Assembly (NCBI GenBank): GCA_023898465.1
Contig: CP060223.1
Location: forward strand, 800,001-864,000
Length of the DNA: 64,000 nucleotides
Reading direction: 5' to 3'
From: Candidatus Nomurabacteria bacterium
GTDB lineage: Bacteria; Patescibacteriota; Patescibacteriia; HK-STAS-PATE-3
Under the pieces are notes generated by a model, which was not told the DNA's origin, made no database searches, and saw nothing but the letters and a program-made list of their open reading frames with translations. Positions 1-9,477 of this stretch are shown one piece after another (position 1 is the stretch's first letter; each line of letters opens with the position of its first letter). The position numbers were made by a program, and so were the translations under genes.

Positions 1-761
1 CATTCGCCGGACTTGTATGAGCAAAATACTGATTCACAATCATGTCATTTGCCTTCCCTTGCGCAGCCTGTCCTAGGAGGCCATTCACTGCTAAAGGAGC
101 TAAGCCGGCACTCTGACGGGCTTGGTTGGTGAGCGCAACGATATTCTGCACAGTCACGTTTGAGACGTACGAGGTGCCAGGATAAAAAGCCACAATACTC
201 ATCACAAAAAGCTTCACTCCAATAAGGAGCGTTGCATACACTTTGAGGGCTTTTGACCGCAAGGCATGGGGATGATGATTATTCCCCTCATGCGGGATAA
301 AAGCATGTTTTAAGTGGTGATGGAGTGGACGTCCCATATATTCACGCTAGGAAACATGAGAAAATAGCATGGAAAGTGAAAAAAATCAAGTCTAGGTACA
401 AAAAAATCTCTTCAAACAAAGAGACTCGCAATTCCCCCGTGTATTTCTCATAGACTTTACTATTGTAGCAGAATTATCTACTTTTGTCCACTCAATCGAG
501 AAAAAGAAAAGCCACCCGCCCACAACGGAGGGGGGACCACCATGTTTGTTCGTGAAACGAACCCGCAGCATAGTGGCTCCCGTTTGAGGAACGGGTGGCT
601 GAAGAAGTGAGGCGACGAAAAAACGTAGTTGATTGTCTACAAAGCCCAGAAGGGTGTAGGGCTACGTTAGGGACGCACAGATCAGGCTCCCTGGCAGGAT
701 GTCGCCTCAATATCAAAAAACTGCTTTCAACCTAACATGTAGGAAAAAAGATGCAAGCCCT

Positions 762-1127
762 TTATTTCACCTGAGCCAAAGCTTGCTGCAAAGTATCATA
801 AGAAAGCAAGGCACATTTTTGGCGACTAGGAGTGAGTGGACTACCAAAGCGAGCTAACTGCTCCTCCTTAGTGCCTTGCATGACCTCCTTCACTGCTTTG
901 CCTTTTACCGCCTCAGTCAGCATAGAGGCTCCGGCTTTAGCGATTGCACAACTCTCACCACTGAAACGGATATCTTGGATAATGCCATCTAGCACCCTAA
1001 GATCTATGTGCATCTCATCGCCACACATGGGATTACTATTTTTCTGCTGCACATTAGCATCATCCAGTGTGCCGAAATTCTTTGGGCTCCTCGTGTGTTC
1101 GAGTACTTCTTGTCGATAGAGGTCCAT
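762..1127 (-). CDS. sufU: Fe-S cluster assembly scaffold SufU/IscU (NifU-like N-terminal domain)
   Basis: 121 aa. Conserved Cys contexts (NPMCGDEMH, GESCAIAKAG) typical of SufU. Starts 1 nt after the sufS stop, i.e. same operon. Confidence 0.8.
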   Translation of the reverse strand: MDLYRQEVLEHTRSPKNFGTLDDANVQQKNSNPMCGDEMHIDLRVLDGIIQDIRFSGESCAIAKAGASMLTEAVKGKAVKEVMQGTKEEQLARFGSPLTPSRQKCALLSYDTLQQALAQVK

Positions 1128-1128
1128 A

Positions 1129-2361
1129 TTAGGTGAGAATTTTTTTTGCTTCGTGCAATGCTTGCACTAAGCGATCAACTTCCTCTTTGGTGTTATAGAC
1201 ATAGAGGCTAATGCGAGCAGTGGCCACTGCACCAAGCTTACGCACCAAAGGCTGTGCGCAATGATGGCCAGTCCGTAAACACACACCGTAGGTATCACAC
1301 ACTGATGCCAGGTCATGGGAGTGCATCCCTTTCATATTAAAGGAAAGCACGCCGCCTCGCCCCTCAGTATTGAGAGGTCCGTATATTTGAAGATCGGAAA
1401 TCTTCTGTAGCTGTTCAAGCGCATAACCGGTTAATTCCATCTCATGCGCATAGATATTTTCTAACCCTAAATCTTGTAAATAACGCAGGGCGTGCTGCAA
1501 ACCAGTCACCCCTGCAATTTCAGGTGTCCCAGCTTCGAATTTGAATGGTACGGCATTCCACGTCGCCTCGGTGTAGGTCACCTCATTAATCATATGGCCG
1601 CCACCCAGGAAAGGATCAGCCTCTTCCCAGCGTTCCATTTTGCCATACACAAATCCTGAACCAGTTGGCCCAAGCATTTTATGTCCAGTGGCCACATAAA
1701 AGTCACAATCAATTGACTGGACATTTACCTGCATGTGCGGAGCTGCCTGCGCTCCATCAATAATACTGACAATGCCATGTGTCTTTGCCTTTGCAACTAT
1801 TTCTTTTACCGGGTTTATAGTCCCCAAGACATTAGACATATGCGTGACTGAGAGCAGCTTCACCTCAGGGGTCATCAATGCGTCAAGCTGAGAAAGATCG
1901 AGTCGACCTTCATCGGTAATTGGGATGAAGCGTAGCTGCACGCCCTTGTCTTTAGCTAATAGCTGCCAGGGAATTAAATTCGCGTGGTGCTCCATTTCTG
2001 TCAGAAGCACTATATCGCCTGAATGGAGAAACTTCCGTGCCCAAGCATGTGCCAATAAATTAATACCCTCGGTCGCATTGCGAACAAAGACGATATTCTC
2101 AGCCTTAGGCGCGTGAAGAAATTCCGCTGCTGCTTGTCGAGAAGCTTCATAGCCGGCGGTTGCTTCTTCGCTAATGGTATACACTCCGCGATGCACATTT
2201 GCATAGTGAACGCGATAGAGCTGATCAACAGCTTCAATAACCTGTTTCGGTTTTTGGGTAGACGCAGCGTTATCCAAATACGCTAAAGTGTGTCCGTTCA
2301 CCTTCCTCTGAAGTATGGGGAAGTCAGCTCGGATCTTTTCTATGTCTAATGGGGTACTCAT
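1129..2361 (-). CDS. sufS: cysteine desulfurase SufS (class V aminotransferase)
   Basis: 410 aa. PLP-lysine motif region TGHKMLGPTGSGFVYGK. C-terminal RTGHHCAQP active-site Cys loop. Overlaps the Rieske gene by 4 nt. Confidence 0.9.
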   Translation of the reverse strand: MSTPLDIEKIRADFPILQRKVNGHTLAYLDNAASTQKPKQVIEAVDQLYRVHYANVHRGVYTISEEATAGYEASRQAAAEFLHAPKAENIVFVRNATEGINLLAHAWARKFLHSGDIVLLTEMEHHANLIPWQLLAKDKGVQLRFIPITDEGRLDLSQLDALMTPEVKLLSVTHMSNVLGTINPVKEIVAKAKTHGIVSIIDGAQAAPHMQVNVQSIDCDFYVATGHKMLGPTGSGFVYGKMERWEEADPFLGGGHMINEVTYTEATWNAVPFKFEAGTPEIAGVTGLQHALRYLQDLGLENIYAHEMELTGYALEQLQKISDLQIYGPLNTEGRGGVLSFNMKGMHSHDLASVCDTYGVCLRTGHHCAQPLVRKLGAVATARISLYVYNTKEEVDRLVQALHEAKKILT

Positions 2362-2684
2362 ATAGCTTGATGGGAATTTAATGACACGAGTAAAGAAGTA
2401 CCTTCAACTTTTACCGGAAAGACGCGGATCGGCTGAGTAGCCGGTAGGCTTCGTACTGCTCCGGTAGCAATATCAAAGCGCGCGCCATGACGAGGGCATT
2501 CTAAACATCCATCTACTATCTCACCACCGGTCAGAGAAGCTGATTCGTGCGTACAAGTATCCTGCGTGGCAAAGAAGCGCCCGTTCAAATTAATGAGCGT
2601 GATCGCCAACCCGTTTACCACGAATCGACGTTTCTGGCCGGGCTGAATATCCTCAACCCTAGCAACTGGTATGAAATCAGACAT
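2358..2684 (-). CDS. Rieske [2Fe-2S] domain protein
   Basis: 108 aa. CTHESASL...CLECPRHGARF box I/II (CxH...CxxH) motifs. Embedded in the suf operon. Confidence 0.8.
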   Translation of the reverse strand: MSDFIPVARVEDIQPGQKRRFVVNGLAITLINLNGRFFATQDTCTHESASLTGGEIVDGCLECPRHGARFDIATGAVRSLPATQPIRVFPVKVEGTSLLVSLNSHQAI

Positions 2685-3336
2685 TATCAGGGAGTGGGAA
2701 ACGCATCAGATAAGAAGCAATGTGCGAGTATACCTTTTCTTGCTCCGCTACTTCGAGTGCAAGGAAAGGAGCTCGTAAAAACCCCTCTATCAGCATACGC
2801 CCAGCTTCTTGCCTTGGCAATCCTCGACTCAAGGCGTAAAAAAGTTGCTCCTTATGTAGACCGCCGGTCGTTGCGGCATGACTCGCCTTTACGTCCTGCG
2901 CTTCAATTTCTAAGCTCGGCAAAGATTCTGACTGCGCTGCTTCACTCAAGACCATAACTCGCTCTTCTAGAAAGGCATTTGTCTGATTTCCAGTCGGAAG
3001 TATTTTAATCATCCCCTTGAAGTCAGCCTTGGCACGCTCAACTAAAACACCATGCAGTAAGGTACGAGCCTGGCTTCCTTTCCCCTTATGCTCCGTCGTA
3101 ATATCAATGGAAAAAAGGTCATCACCAGCCCCCGCAAAGACACCAATGATTTGTGCATCAGCTCCATCTTCAAGCACAATACGCAATTTACGATGACAAG
3201 TACCGCCTAAGTAGTACGCCACATACGTTAATCGACTATCGCGAGGAACCACTACCTCCTGGGGCGACTCGATCGCTGCAGCAGTATTTGTATCAATAAT
3301 GAATTGATGGGTGTTTTCTTGCATAGCCTTATCCAA
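2677..3336 (-). CDS. sufD: SufD-like Fe-S assembly protein (short form, C-terminal SufBD core only)
   Basis: 219 aa. Operon position between sufB and the Rieske gene. C-terminal similarity pattern to the SufB/SufD fold (…LSRGL…[10 protein letters not shown]). Confidence 0.55.
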   Translation of the reverse strand: MDKAMQENTHQFIIDTNTAAAIESPQEVVVPRDSRLTYVAYYLGGTCHRKLRIVLEDGADAQIIGVFAGAGDDLFSIDITTEHKGKGSQARTLLHGVLVERAKADFKGMIKILPTGNQTNAFLEERVMVLSEAAQSESLPSLEIEAQDVKASHAATTGGLHKEQLFYALSRGLPRQEAGRMLIEGFLRAPFLALEVAEQEKVYSHIASYLMRFPLPDNV

Positions 3337-4729
3337 CCGACCCTTCCATTTCTAAACCAATCAGGCGATTAAGTTCCATCGCATATTCCATAGGCAACTC
3401 CTTCACAATCGGTTCGAGAAATCCATTCACCACCATAGCCGCAGCTTCATCTTCACTTAAGCCCCGACTCATGAGGTAAAAAAGTTGATCTTGTCCGATC
3501 CGGCTAACCGTTGCTTCATGCTCAATCGTAGCTGACTCATGCACATCCATGCGAGGATAGGTATCAGTGCGTGATTCAAGGTCAAGGAGGAGTGCGTCAC
3601 ATTTCACCTTTGACTGCACGTTTTTCGCTCCCGGCTGCACCTGTAACACACCTCGGTAACTTGTCCGACCATTACCCTGCGATACAGATTTGGAGGTAAT
3701 AAGAGAAGAAGTGTTTGGCGCCACATGAATCGCCTTGCCGCCAGCATCTTGATGCTGATTTGAATTCGCATATGCTAGGGAAAGAATTTCTGCCCGAGCC
3801 CCTTCACCCATCAAATACACCGAGGGATATTTCATAGTCACGCAGCTACCGATGTTGCCATCGATCCACTCGACAGTTGCGTTGGCAAAGGCTATCGCGC
3901 GTTTCGTTACTAAGTTGTATACATTCTGCGACCAGTTTTGAATCGTGGTGTAACGAACTCGAGCGCCGGGCTTGGCAATAATTTCTACCACAGCGGAGTG
4001 TAAAGAAGCTTTGGAATAGATTGGCGCCGTACAACCTTCAACATAGTGCACCTCACTTCCTTCATCAGCAATAATGAGCGTGCGTTCAAACTGCCCCATG
4101 GCCTCGGTATTAATCCTGAAGTAGGCCTGTAAAGGAAGATCAACTTTCACACCTTTAGGGACATAGACAAAGCTGCCGCCGCTCCATACTGCGGAGTTTA
4201 GGGCGGCGAATTTATTATCACCCGGCGGTACAACAGTACCAAAATGTTCACGTACTAAATCGGGATAACGACGCAAGCCTTCATCCATACTGAGAAAAAC
4301 CACTCCCAACTTATCCAGCGTCTCACGCACATTATGATAAATCACTTCCGAGTCGTATTGCGCGCCAACTCCAGCGAGATATTTCCGCTCAGCTTCCGGG
4401 ATACCAAGGCGGTCAAAAGTTCGCTTAATGTCATCCGGCACCTCATCCCATTTGTCGGCTGAGGCTTCTGATGGTCGCACGTAATAGGTAATGGCATCAA
4501 AGTCTAAACGTGACAAATCAGCCCCCCACTTCGGCATCGACTTCTTCATAAATTGCTTCAGCGCATGCAGGCGAAAATCCCGCATCCACTCTGGCTCATG
4601 CTTCTGGGCGGAAATATCACGAATTAACTCATCGCTTAGTTTATGCTGAGAACGATACACTGATGAGTCAGGATCATGAAAACCATATTGATACTCATTG
4701 GTCTTTTTTACCTGACTGGCCTGACTCAT
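3329..4729 (-). CDS. sufB: Fe-S cluster assembly protein SufB
   Basis: 466 aa. Highly conserved SufB sequence throughout (…HVAPNTSS…[10 protein letters not shown]…). Confidence 0.92.
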   Translation of the reverse strand: MSQASQVKKTNEYQYGFHDPDSSVYRSQHKLSDELIRDISAQKHEPEWMRDFRLHALKQFMKKSMPKWGADLSRLDFDAITYYVRPSEASADKWDEVPDDIKRTFDRLGIPEAERKYLAGVGAQYDSEVIYHNVRETLDKLGVVFLSMDEGLRRYPDLVREHFGTVVPPGDNKFAALNSAVWSGGSFVYVPKGVKVDLPLQAYFRINTEAMGQFERTLIIADEGSEVHYVEGCTAPIYSKASLHSAVVEIIAKPGARVRYTTIQNWSQNVYNLVTKRAIAFANATVEWIDGNIGSCVTMKYPSVYLMGEGARAEILSLAYANSNQHQDAGGKAIHVAPNTSSLITSKSVSQGNGRTSYRGVLQVQPGAKNVQSKVKCDALLLDLESRTDTYPRMDVHESATIEHEATVSRIGQDQLFYLMSRGLSEDEAAAMVVNGFLEPIVKELPMEYAMELNRLIGLEMEGSVG

Positions 4730-5478
4730 ACTTTTGCTTCGCGCAAAATACGATCATAACCCTCTGCCTCTAGCTGATCAGCCAGCGTCTTATCGCCTGA
4801 GCGAATAATTTTACCTTTTGCTAATACGTGCACGTGATCCGGCGTAATATATTTCAGGATGCGCTGGTAATGCGTGATAATAAGCACGCCTAATTGAGGA
4901 CCTAGGAGTTGCTGAACGCCTTCAGATACAATGCGTAAGGCATCGATGTCCAGGCCTGAGTCTGTCTCATCGAGGATGGCAAAGCGAGGTTGTAATACCG
5001 CCATTTGCAATATCTCAACCTTTTTCTTTTCTCCACCGGAAAATCCTTCGTTTACTCCACGCATGAGAAAGTTCGGATCGAGTTTTAGTTGGGCAATCTT
5101 TTCCTCAAGCATTTGTTGAAACGGCAATACACCTAGCTGATCTTTTTCTTCACGCTGGGCGTTATACGCCTGACGAAGAAATTGAGAAAGACTCACGCCG
5201 GGTAACTCGCTCGGGTATTGGAATGCTAAAAAGACGCCAAGTCGTGCTCGTTTATCAGGACTCAGACTAAGAATATCTTCCCCATCAATAGTAACAGTAC
5301 CGCCGGTCACCTCATACTGAGGATGACCCATCAACACTGAAGCGAGTGTACTCTTACCTGAACCGTTGGGGCCCATGATGGCATGAACCTCGCCTTGGCG
5401 AACAACTAAATCAAGCCCTTTGAGTATTTGATTAGCGCCGGCGCTAGCCTGGAGTTGCGAAATACGTAACTCACTCAT
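4726..5478 (-). CDS. sufC: Fe-S cluster assembly ATPase SufC
   Basis: 250 aa. Walker [13 protein letters not shown] signature FSGGEKKK. Walker [11 protein letters not shown]. Confidence 0.92.
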   Translation of the reverse strand: MSELRISQLQASAGANQILKGLDLVVRQGEVHAIMGPNGSGKSTLASVLMGHPQYEVTGGTVTIDGEDILSLSPDKRARLGVFLAFQYPSELPGVSLSQFLRQAYNAQREEKDQLGVLPFQQMLEEKIAQLKLDPNFLMRGVNEGFSGGEKKKVEILQMAVLQPRFAILDETDSGLDIDALRIVSEGVQQLLGPQLGVLIITHYQRILKYITPDHVHVLAKGKIIRSGDKTLADQLEAEGYDRILREAKV

Positions 5479-5723
5479 ACTTCAGGCCACATTTGTTTGC
5501 CGTCCTGGTCAAAAAGCTTGATAGCATCCACCGGACAAGACTTCGCCGCTTCTAAAATCATCTCTTCTTCATCACCAATGGGATGCTCTTTATCGACAAA
5601 CTCAACTTTACCTTGACCATCGAGTTGGAAGGTCTTAGCCGCTAAAGCCACGCAAGAGGCCGCGCTAATGCAGGTTTCTTGATCTAGCTCAATCTTGCCG
5701 ATTTTTTTGTCCTTGTCTGCCAT
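5475..5723 (-). CDS. small ferredoxin-like protein (single Fe-S cluster, CxxxxxC…CP)
   Basis: 82 aa. CISAASC … CPVDAI motif. First structural gene after the Rrf2 regulator. Confidence 0.5.
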   Translation of the reverse strand: MADKDKKIGKIELDQETCISAASCVALAAKTFQLDGQGKVEFVDKEHPIGDEEEMILEAAKSCPVDAIKLFDQDGKQMWPEV

Positions 5724-5726
5724 AGG

Positions 5727-6137
5727 TTATGAGCTTACCTGAGTATGGAGTAACTTATCAAGTCGCATTTTGCTGAGCTTAGATTCCATTGCTTCTCGCA
5801 CCTGCACCCAAATATCATGCGTGGTACAAAAGTCCTGCCGAGGGCAACCCTGTGCGCTCCGTTCACAAGCCAGCACATCTAATTCATGCACCGCATGCAG
5901 TATTTCACCTACGTTAATTTCCTTGGGTGAACGGGTCAGACGATAGCCTCCCTGACTACCTCGGCTGCTCTCTACTAAACCAGCCTGACGTAAATATACC
6001 ATTAACTGTTCAGCATAGGTGTAAGGCACTCGCTCCTGCTCTGCGAGATTGCGCAAAGAAAGACTGGCTTGACCGTGCTGCCTGGCCAGACCGAGCATGA
6101 GAGCTAAGCCATAGTCACCTTTAGTAGAAAACTTCAT
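5727..6137 (-). CDS. Rrf2-family transcriptional regulator (IscR/SufR-like)
   Basis: 136 aa. N-terminal wHTH (MKFSTKGDYGLALMLGLA…). Three clustered Cys (CERSAQGCPRQDFC) for cluster ligation. Heads the suf operon. Confidence 0.8.
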   Translation of the reverse strand: MKFSTKGDYGLALMLGLARQHGQASLSLRNLAEQERVPYTYAEQLMVYLRQAGLVESSRGSQGGYRLTRSPKEINVGEILHAVHELDVLACERSAQGCPRQDFCTTHDIWVQVREAMESKLSKMRLDKLLHTQVSS

Positions 6138-6148
6138 ATCTGAGTAAA

Positions 6149-6191
6149 ATACTAAGATATAAAAACTCGCCTGTCAACGTCTACTTTGACA
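6149..6191 (-). promoter_or_regulatory. suf operon promoter (TTGACA-17-TAGTAT on minus strand) overlapping a 20-nt palindrome TGTCAACGTCTACTTTGACA (candidate Rrf2 operator)
   Basis: Read on minus strand: TTGACA (6172-6177) spacer 17 TAGTAT (6149-6154), about 11 nt before the Rrf2 ATG. Perfect 6-bp inverted repeat TGTCAA-N8-TTGACA at 6172-6191. Confidence 0.45.
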
Positions 6192-6266
6192 AGCAGTGCC
6201 TGCAAAATCTATGCTACCCCCATACTCGTTCTTTCACACCCGTTCCCATGCAGGAAAGGAATACTC

Positions 6267-6911
6267 ATGGACGCTCTGATGACCAGCCTTGTGCAGGCAC
6301 CAATTCGCAAGAGTCGGCCGACCTGCGCTCGACGTCGATCTCACCGCTTCCAGCAACTACGTCATGGAACCCGACTTCGCCCTCTGGCAATCGCGCTCAA
6401 CCAACTCAACATCAGACCTTTCGTCAAGGCTGATGTGGAGAGATACAAGCGTGCACGTCGCGCTGAGTGCGAACCAACGCTTCGTCGAGATGCGCGCTTC
6501 AGGCGCTTCTTCCACATCAGCGCTAAGGTCGCCGCGATATTCGTGATAGTGTCTGCCATCTACTTGGCGGTACCTGGTCCGGCTCAATTCGCGGCGACTT
6601 GCTCGCTACTTGTTTCGTCGGTCTACCTGACTGCAAACCTCATCCTCGGCTGTCGCCTGCAGTTGCGAACTTACGTCCGCTGGCAGACCTGGAAAATCGA
6701 AACAGAGTGGTGCGCTTACCCAGGCGTACTTCCCGATCCTGTACAGCTACAGATCGCCAGGATCAAGGAGGTAGCACCGGGCGCTCGCTTCGAGGTCGAA
6801 GACCTCCGTTACAATACCGGACGGGTCTATGACCCACTCCTGTACGCGTGTCTGGATGAGGAACGCTTCTGCGTAGCAACTTGGCTAGGCAAGGAATGCC
6901 GAATCGCCTAA
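6267..6911 (+). CDS. hypothetical membrane protein (Arg-rich N-terminus, 2 predicted TM helices); first gene of GC-rich island 1
   Basis: 214 aa from the ATG at 6267, preceded by SD AGGAAAGGA. About 59% GC against a 48% backbone. Hairpin terminator follows. Confidence 0.45.
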   Translation: MDALMTSLVQAPIRKSRPTCARRRSHRFQQLRHGTRLRPLAIALNQLNIRPFVKADVERYKRARRAECEPTLRRDARFRRFFHISAKVAAIFVIVSAIYLAVPGPAQFAATCSLLVSSVYLTANLILGCRLQLRTYVRWQTWKIETEWCAYPGVLPDPVQLQIARIKEVAPGARFEVEDLRYNTGRVYDPLLYACLDEERFCVATWLGKECRIA

Positions 6912-6926
6912 GGCCACATTCGAGAC

Positions 6927-6952
6927 CAGCTTCTCTCTTGAAGCTGGTCTTT
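6927..6952 (+). terminator. rho-independent terminator (gaccagcttc-tctctt-gaagctggtc + T-rich)
   Basis: Perfect 10-bp inverted repeat followed by TTTCCTT. Confidence 0.6.
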
Positions 6953-6962
6953 CCTTATATGC

Positions 6963-7275
6963 TTGACAGTTTTTCTAGACCGTGCTAACTTATCCCGTTG
7001 TTCGTGACCGCATATGTAGTCCCGGACAACGTCAACCACTGGAAATCGGCGCATCATCGCGCCACGTCACAACGAATGGGAGGTATTCCCTCGATGCTGA
7101 CAAAACTCAAGCGTTGCCCGCGTAGGTATGCGAGCCTGGGTCGCCGGTCCCAGTAGCCCTCTCTCGCACGAGAGGAATCCAACTCGTCCTGCGCCGGGGC
7201 CTTCCACCGGCAATTACACCGTCGAAACGGACGAACCCCGGAGCCCGAAGACATCTGTCTGAGGGCTCCTTTTTC
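6963..7275 (+). ncRNA. candidate small non-coding RNA unit: promoter TTGACA-17-TAACTT, about 280 nt ORF-free transcript, terminator ggagccc…gggctcc-TTTTT
   Basis: TTGACA 6963-6968, TAACTT 6986-6991. No plus-strand ORF above 30 codons. Terminator stem 7240-7246/7263-7269 plus T5. Confidence 0.3.
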
Positions 7276-7277
7276 CA

Positions 7278-7306
7278 TTGACACAAAGCGTATCGTCTGC
7301 TATATT
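7278..7306 (+). promoter_or_regulatory. sigma70-like promoter TTGACA-17-TATATT for the small-paralogue operon
   Basis: TTGACA 7278-7283, TATATT 7301-7306. SD GGAGG at 7336-7340 precedes the ATG at 7345. Confidence 0.5.
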
Positions 7307-7344
7307 CCCCGGTCTCACGCACCTGCACAATCAACGGAGGATGA

Positions 7345-7614
7345 ATGCGGAACGAAGACGCTGATGCAATGCACTTCCACTGGGGGATCACGAACTGCGT
7401 TGTCATCGACGTAGAAGAAAGGCCTAGAGCAAGTGCGGTACGCACTTTTGCTCAGGACAACCAAGCTACTTGTTCAGAGGGAAATGAAGTCCTGGTGCGA
7501 TGCACCTGCACTGAAATTCGACCTCAGCTACTTAGTGTGAGGAGGCTCCAGTCCTTTCTCACCGAACATCGTTCTGGTCATCCAATAAACTCGCCCAAAG
7601 AGGAGGGGGAATGA
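7345..7614 (+). CDS. small Cys/His-motif protein, tandem paralogue 1 of 3 (no recognisable family)
   Basis: 89 aa. Shares NCVVI, (V/I)L(V/I)xCxC and FLxxHxxGH with the next two ORFs. Stop overlaps the next start (ATGA). Confidence 0.5.
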   Translation: MRNEDADAMHFHWGITNCVVIDVEERPRASAVRTFAQDNQATCSEGNEVLVRCTCTEIRPQLLSVRRLQSFLTEHRSGHPINSPKEEGE

Positions 7615-7889
7615 AAGCAGTCAACGCTGGTGAACACGGCAACGAGCACGTCCGGGTCTGCGTTGTCATCGAAGGAGATGAGAACCGAGATATTCTGGAA
7701 ATCTACGCTTTCGCTCGCGAGGTTCAGGCCATCGAGCCTGACGAGCCGCAAGACGAGGCTAGCGATGGAGAACGCGTCTTGATTTGTTGCGAATGTCCGG
7801 GCGGAGACAGACCTCGCTTCGCTGACCATGACCAACTGATCGCCTTTCTCCGCGATCACAACTCAGGCCACCACGCTTCGGTGGAATAG
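7611..7889 (+). CDS. small Cys/His-motif protein, tandem paralogue 2 of 3
   Basis: 92 aa. SD GGAGGGGG. Motifs VCVVIEG, YAFARE, VLICCEC, FLRDHNSGH. Confidence 0.5.
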   Translation: MKAVNAGEHGNEHVRVCVVIEGDENRDILEIYAFAREVQAIEPDEPQDEASDGERVLICCECPGGDRPRFADHDQLIAFLRDHNSGHHASVE

Positions 7890-7904
7890 CCGGAAGGAGA
7901 CTAC

Positions 7905-8177
7905 ATGCATACCGTAGCCGCTACGGCACCATCGAAGCAAGTCAAGAACTGCGTCGTAATCCAGCTAGGAGAGCATCCCTCTCTAGAGACGCTCCTTGCC
8001 TTCGCGGCAGAGCATGCGGCCGTCAGAGTTGACGAGCAACCCGACGAACTCAACGACGGTGATCAGGTCCTGGTCACCTGCAATTGTCGGGACGGCTCAG
8101 GGCAGCAAATGCTCCTCACCGTGCCGGAGATTGAGCAGTTTCTCGAAAGTCACGCCTTGGGGCATCCCTCGGGGTAA
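7905..8177 (+). CDS. small Cys/His-motif protein, tandem paralogue 3 of 3
   Basis: 90 aa. SD AAGGAGA. Motifs NCVVIQLGE, LAFAAE, VLVTCNC, FLESHALGH. Confidence 0.5.
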   Translation: MHTVAATAPSKQVKNCVVIQLGEHPSLETLLAFAAEHAAVRVDEQPDELNDGDQVLVTCNCRDGSGQQMLLTVPEIEQFLESHALGHPSG

Positions 8178-8195
8178 ACTATGCACCTTCACCTA

Positions 8196-8233
8196 GAACC
8201 AGCTGACTCCGGTCTCCTGGTTCTTTCTTTTTC
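8196..8233 (+). terminator. rho-independent terminator (gaaccag…ctggttc + TTTCTTTTTC)
   Basis: 7-bp stem, then T-run. Closes island 1. Confidence 0.55.
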
Positions 8234-8273
8234 TGTCACTCTGGACTTGTTCCGAAGTCTCCTAAACTCAAAA

Positions 8274-9110
8274 CTATTTCAATAACTTCGCCTGTTGCTG
8301 CAACTCCTGTATCCGCTTCCGTTCTTGAGTAGTGAAACCGTGCATATCCGTTAAGGTTAACAACTCCTGTATCGTAACCACTCCGATTCGGAAAAGCTTC
8401 GATTTCATACTCGAGTCTAAACTCATGAGAATGGTGATAGGATAGACTTTTGTCTGCTCAATAAGCTTTTGTAAACTTTGATCAGCCGGATGACCCCAGC
8501 TAAGAATGTGCACGTTTGCGCAACGGGCGTATTTCATTGCTTCGGTGGTACATTTCGTATTTGTAACTAGCCAGGCATGCTGGACATGCTTCTTAGGGGC
8601 CAGGCGCTGTTCATCTTCTTTGGCTTGGAAAGCTTTTCCAATGTCATCGAAGCGTGCCTTAATATAGAGCGCCACCTTTACATCAGTCTTCATGCCGCGT
8701 CGATTATGATACTTGCACTCAAAAAGATGCAGCTGACCATTCTTGCGGGCTAAAATATCAACCTCGTGTGAAACACAGAAGCCGCGAACATATTGATCAG
8801 TTTGCACGCTGTACCCTAAGGCACTCAACAAACGCGCGACGTATTGTTCAAAAGGAAACCCGGTCGGACCAAGATTCATTATCGCTCGTTTCAAACCATA
8901 ACGCATGGCCTGCTTGGTATTGAGCTGGGCTAGTCGACTTTTTGCATAGGAAAAAATCGCTTGCGTCGACTTATGGAGTTTTGGCTTTAAACTTATTTCC
9001 TCAGCCAAACCTCGGGCCACTGTACCCGGCACTCCAGAATTTTGTAAAGACTGAATAAACTTCTCTGGCTGAAAAATCTGGTATTCACCGGATGATTTAC
9101 GGATGCGCAT
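8274..9110 (-). CDS. ATP-cone domain fused to Mrr-like (PD-(D/E)xK) restriction endonuclease domain
   Basis: 278 aa. N-terminal ATP-cone-like MRIRKSSGEYQIFQPEKF. Central nuclease motif HEVDILARKNGQLHLFECKYH. TGcTACAAT extended -10 ends 6 nt before the ATG. Confidence 0.6.
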   Translation of the reverse strand: MRIRKSSGEYQIFQPEKFIQSLQNSGVPGTVARGLAEEISLKPKLHKSTQAIFSYAKSRLAQLNTKQAMRYGLKRAIMNLGPTGFPFEQYVARLLSALGYSVQTDQYVRGFCVSHEVDILARKNGQLHLFECKYHNRRGMKTDVKVALYIKARFDDIGKAFQAKEDEQRLAPKKHVQHAWLVTNTKCTTEAMKYARCANVHILSWGHPADQSLQKLIEQTKVYPITILMSLDSSMKSKLFRIGVVTIQELLTLTDMHGFTTQERKRIQELQQQAKLLK

Positions 9111-9225
9111 AGGTATATTGTAGCACGTACTTAGGGTATAGTCTTGACATTTCTATAAAAATCGCTAAGGTCAGACTGCTTTTGGAGCATTGACATCAAC
9201 CGCTAGAACAGAGGAGGAGGAGTAG

Positions 9226-9468
9226 ATGACGCTCGCAGCTACTGAACTTAGGCCTGGGATGACGGTGCGGAATCTGCGGAGCGGTCTCACCGCTACGGTC
9301 ACCGAACCGCTGAGGGTCACGGGCGATCCGCTGCACGTACACGTCAGGAGGACGATGGAGGGAGGCGAGAGCAACGGTAAGACCAAGTTGACCACCTGGA
9401 GTCTCGACAACGTCGAGATCGTGCCGGTGGCTCAGGAGCCTGTCGACAACGATCGGCAGGTCGGCTAG
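9226..9468 (+). CDS. hypothetical small protein (GC-rich islet)
   Basis: 80 aa. Strong SD GGAGGAGGAG. About 62% GC. Followed by a nested hairpin terminator. Confidence 0.4.
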   Translation: MTLAATELRPGMTVRNLRSGLTATVTEPLRVTGDPLHVHVRRTMEGGESNGKTKLTTWSLDNVEIVPVAQEPVDNDRQVG

Positions 9469-9477
9469 CCCTTCGCG

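Noticed and set aside
832-1119. 95-aa plus-strand ORF
   Set aside because: Antisense to the well-conserved sufU.
7054-7445. Minus-strand ORFs 7054-7284 and 7107-7445 in island 1
   Set aside because: They are on the opposite strand of a region with clear plus-strand promoter and terminator signals. High GC generates long open frames and there are no start signals.
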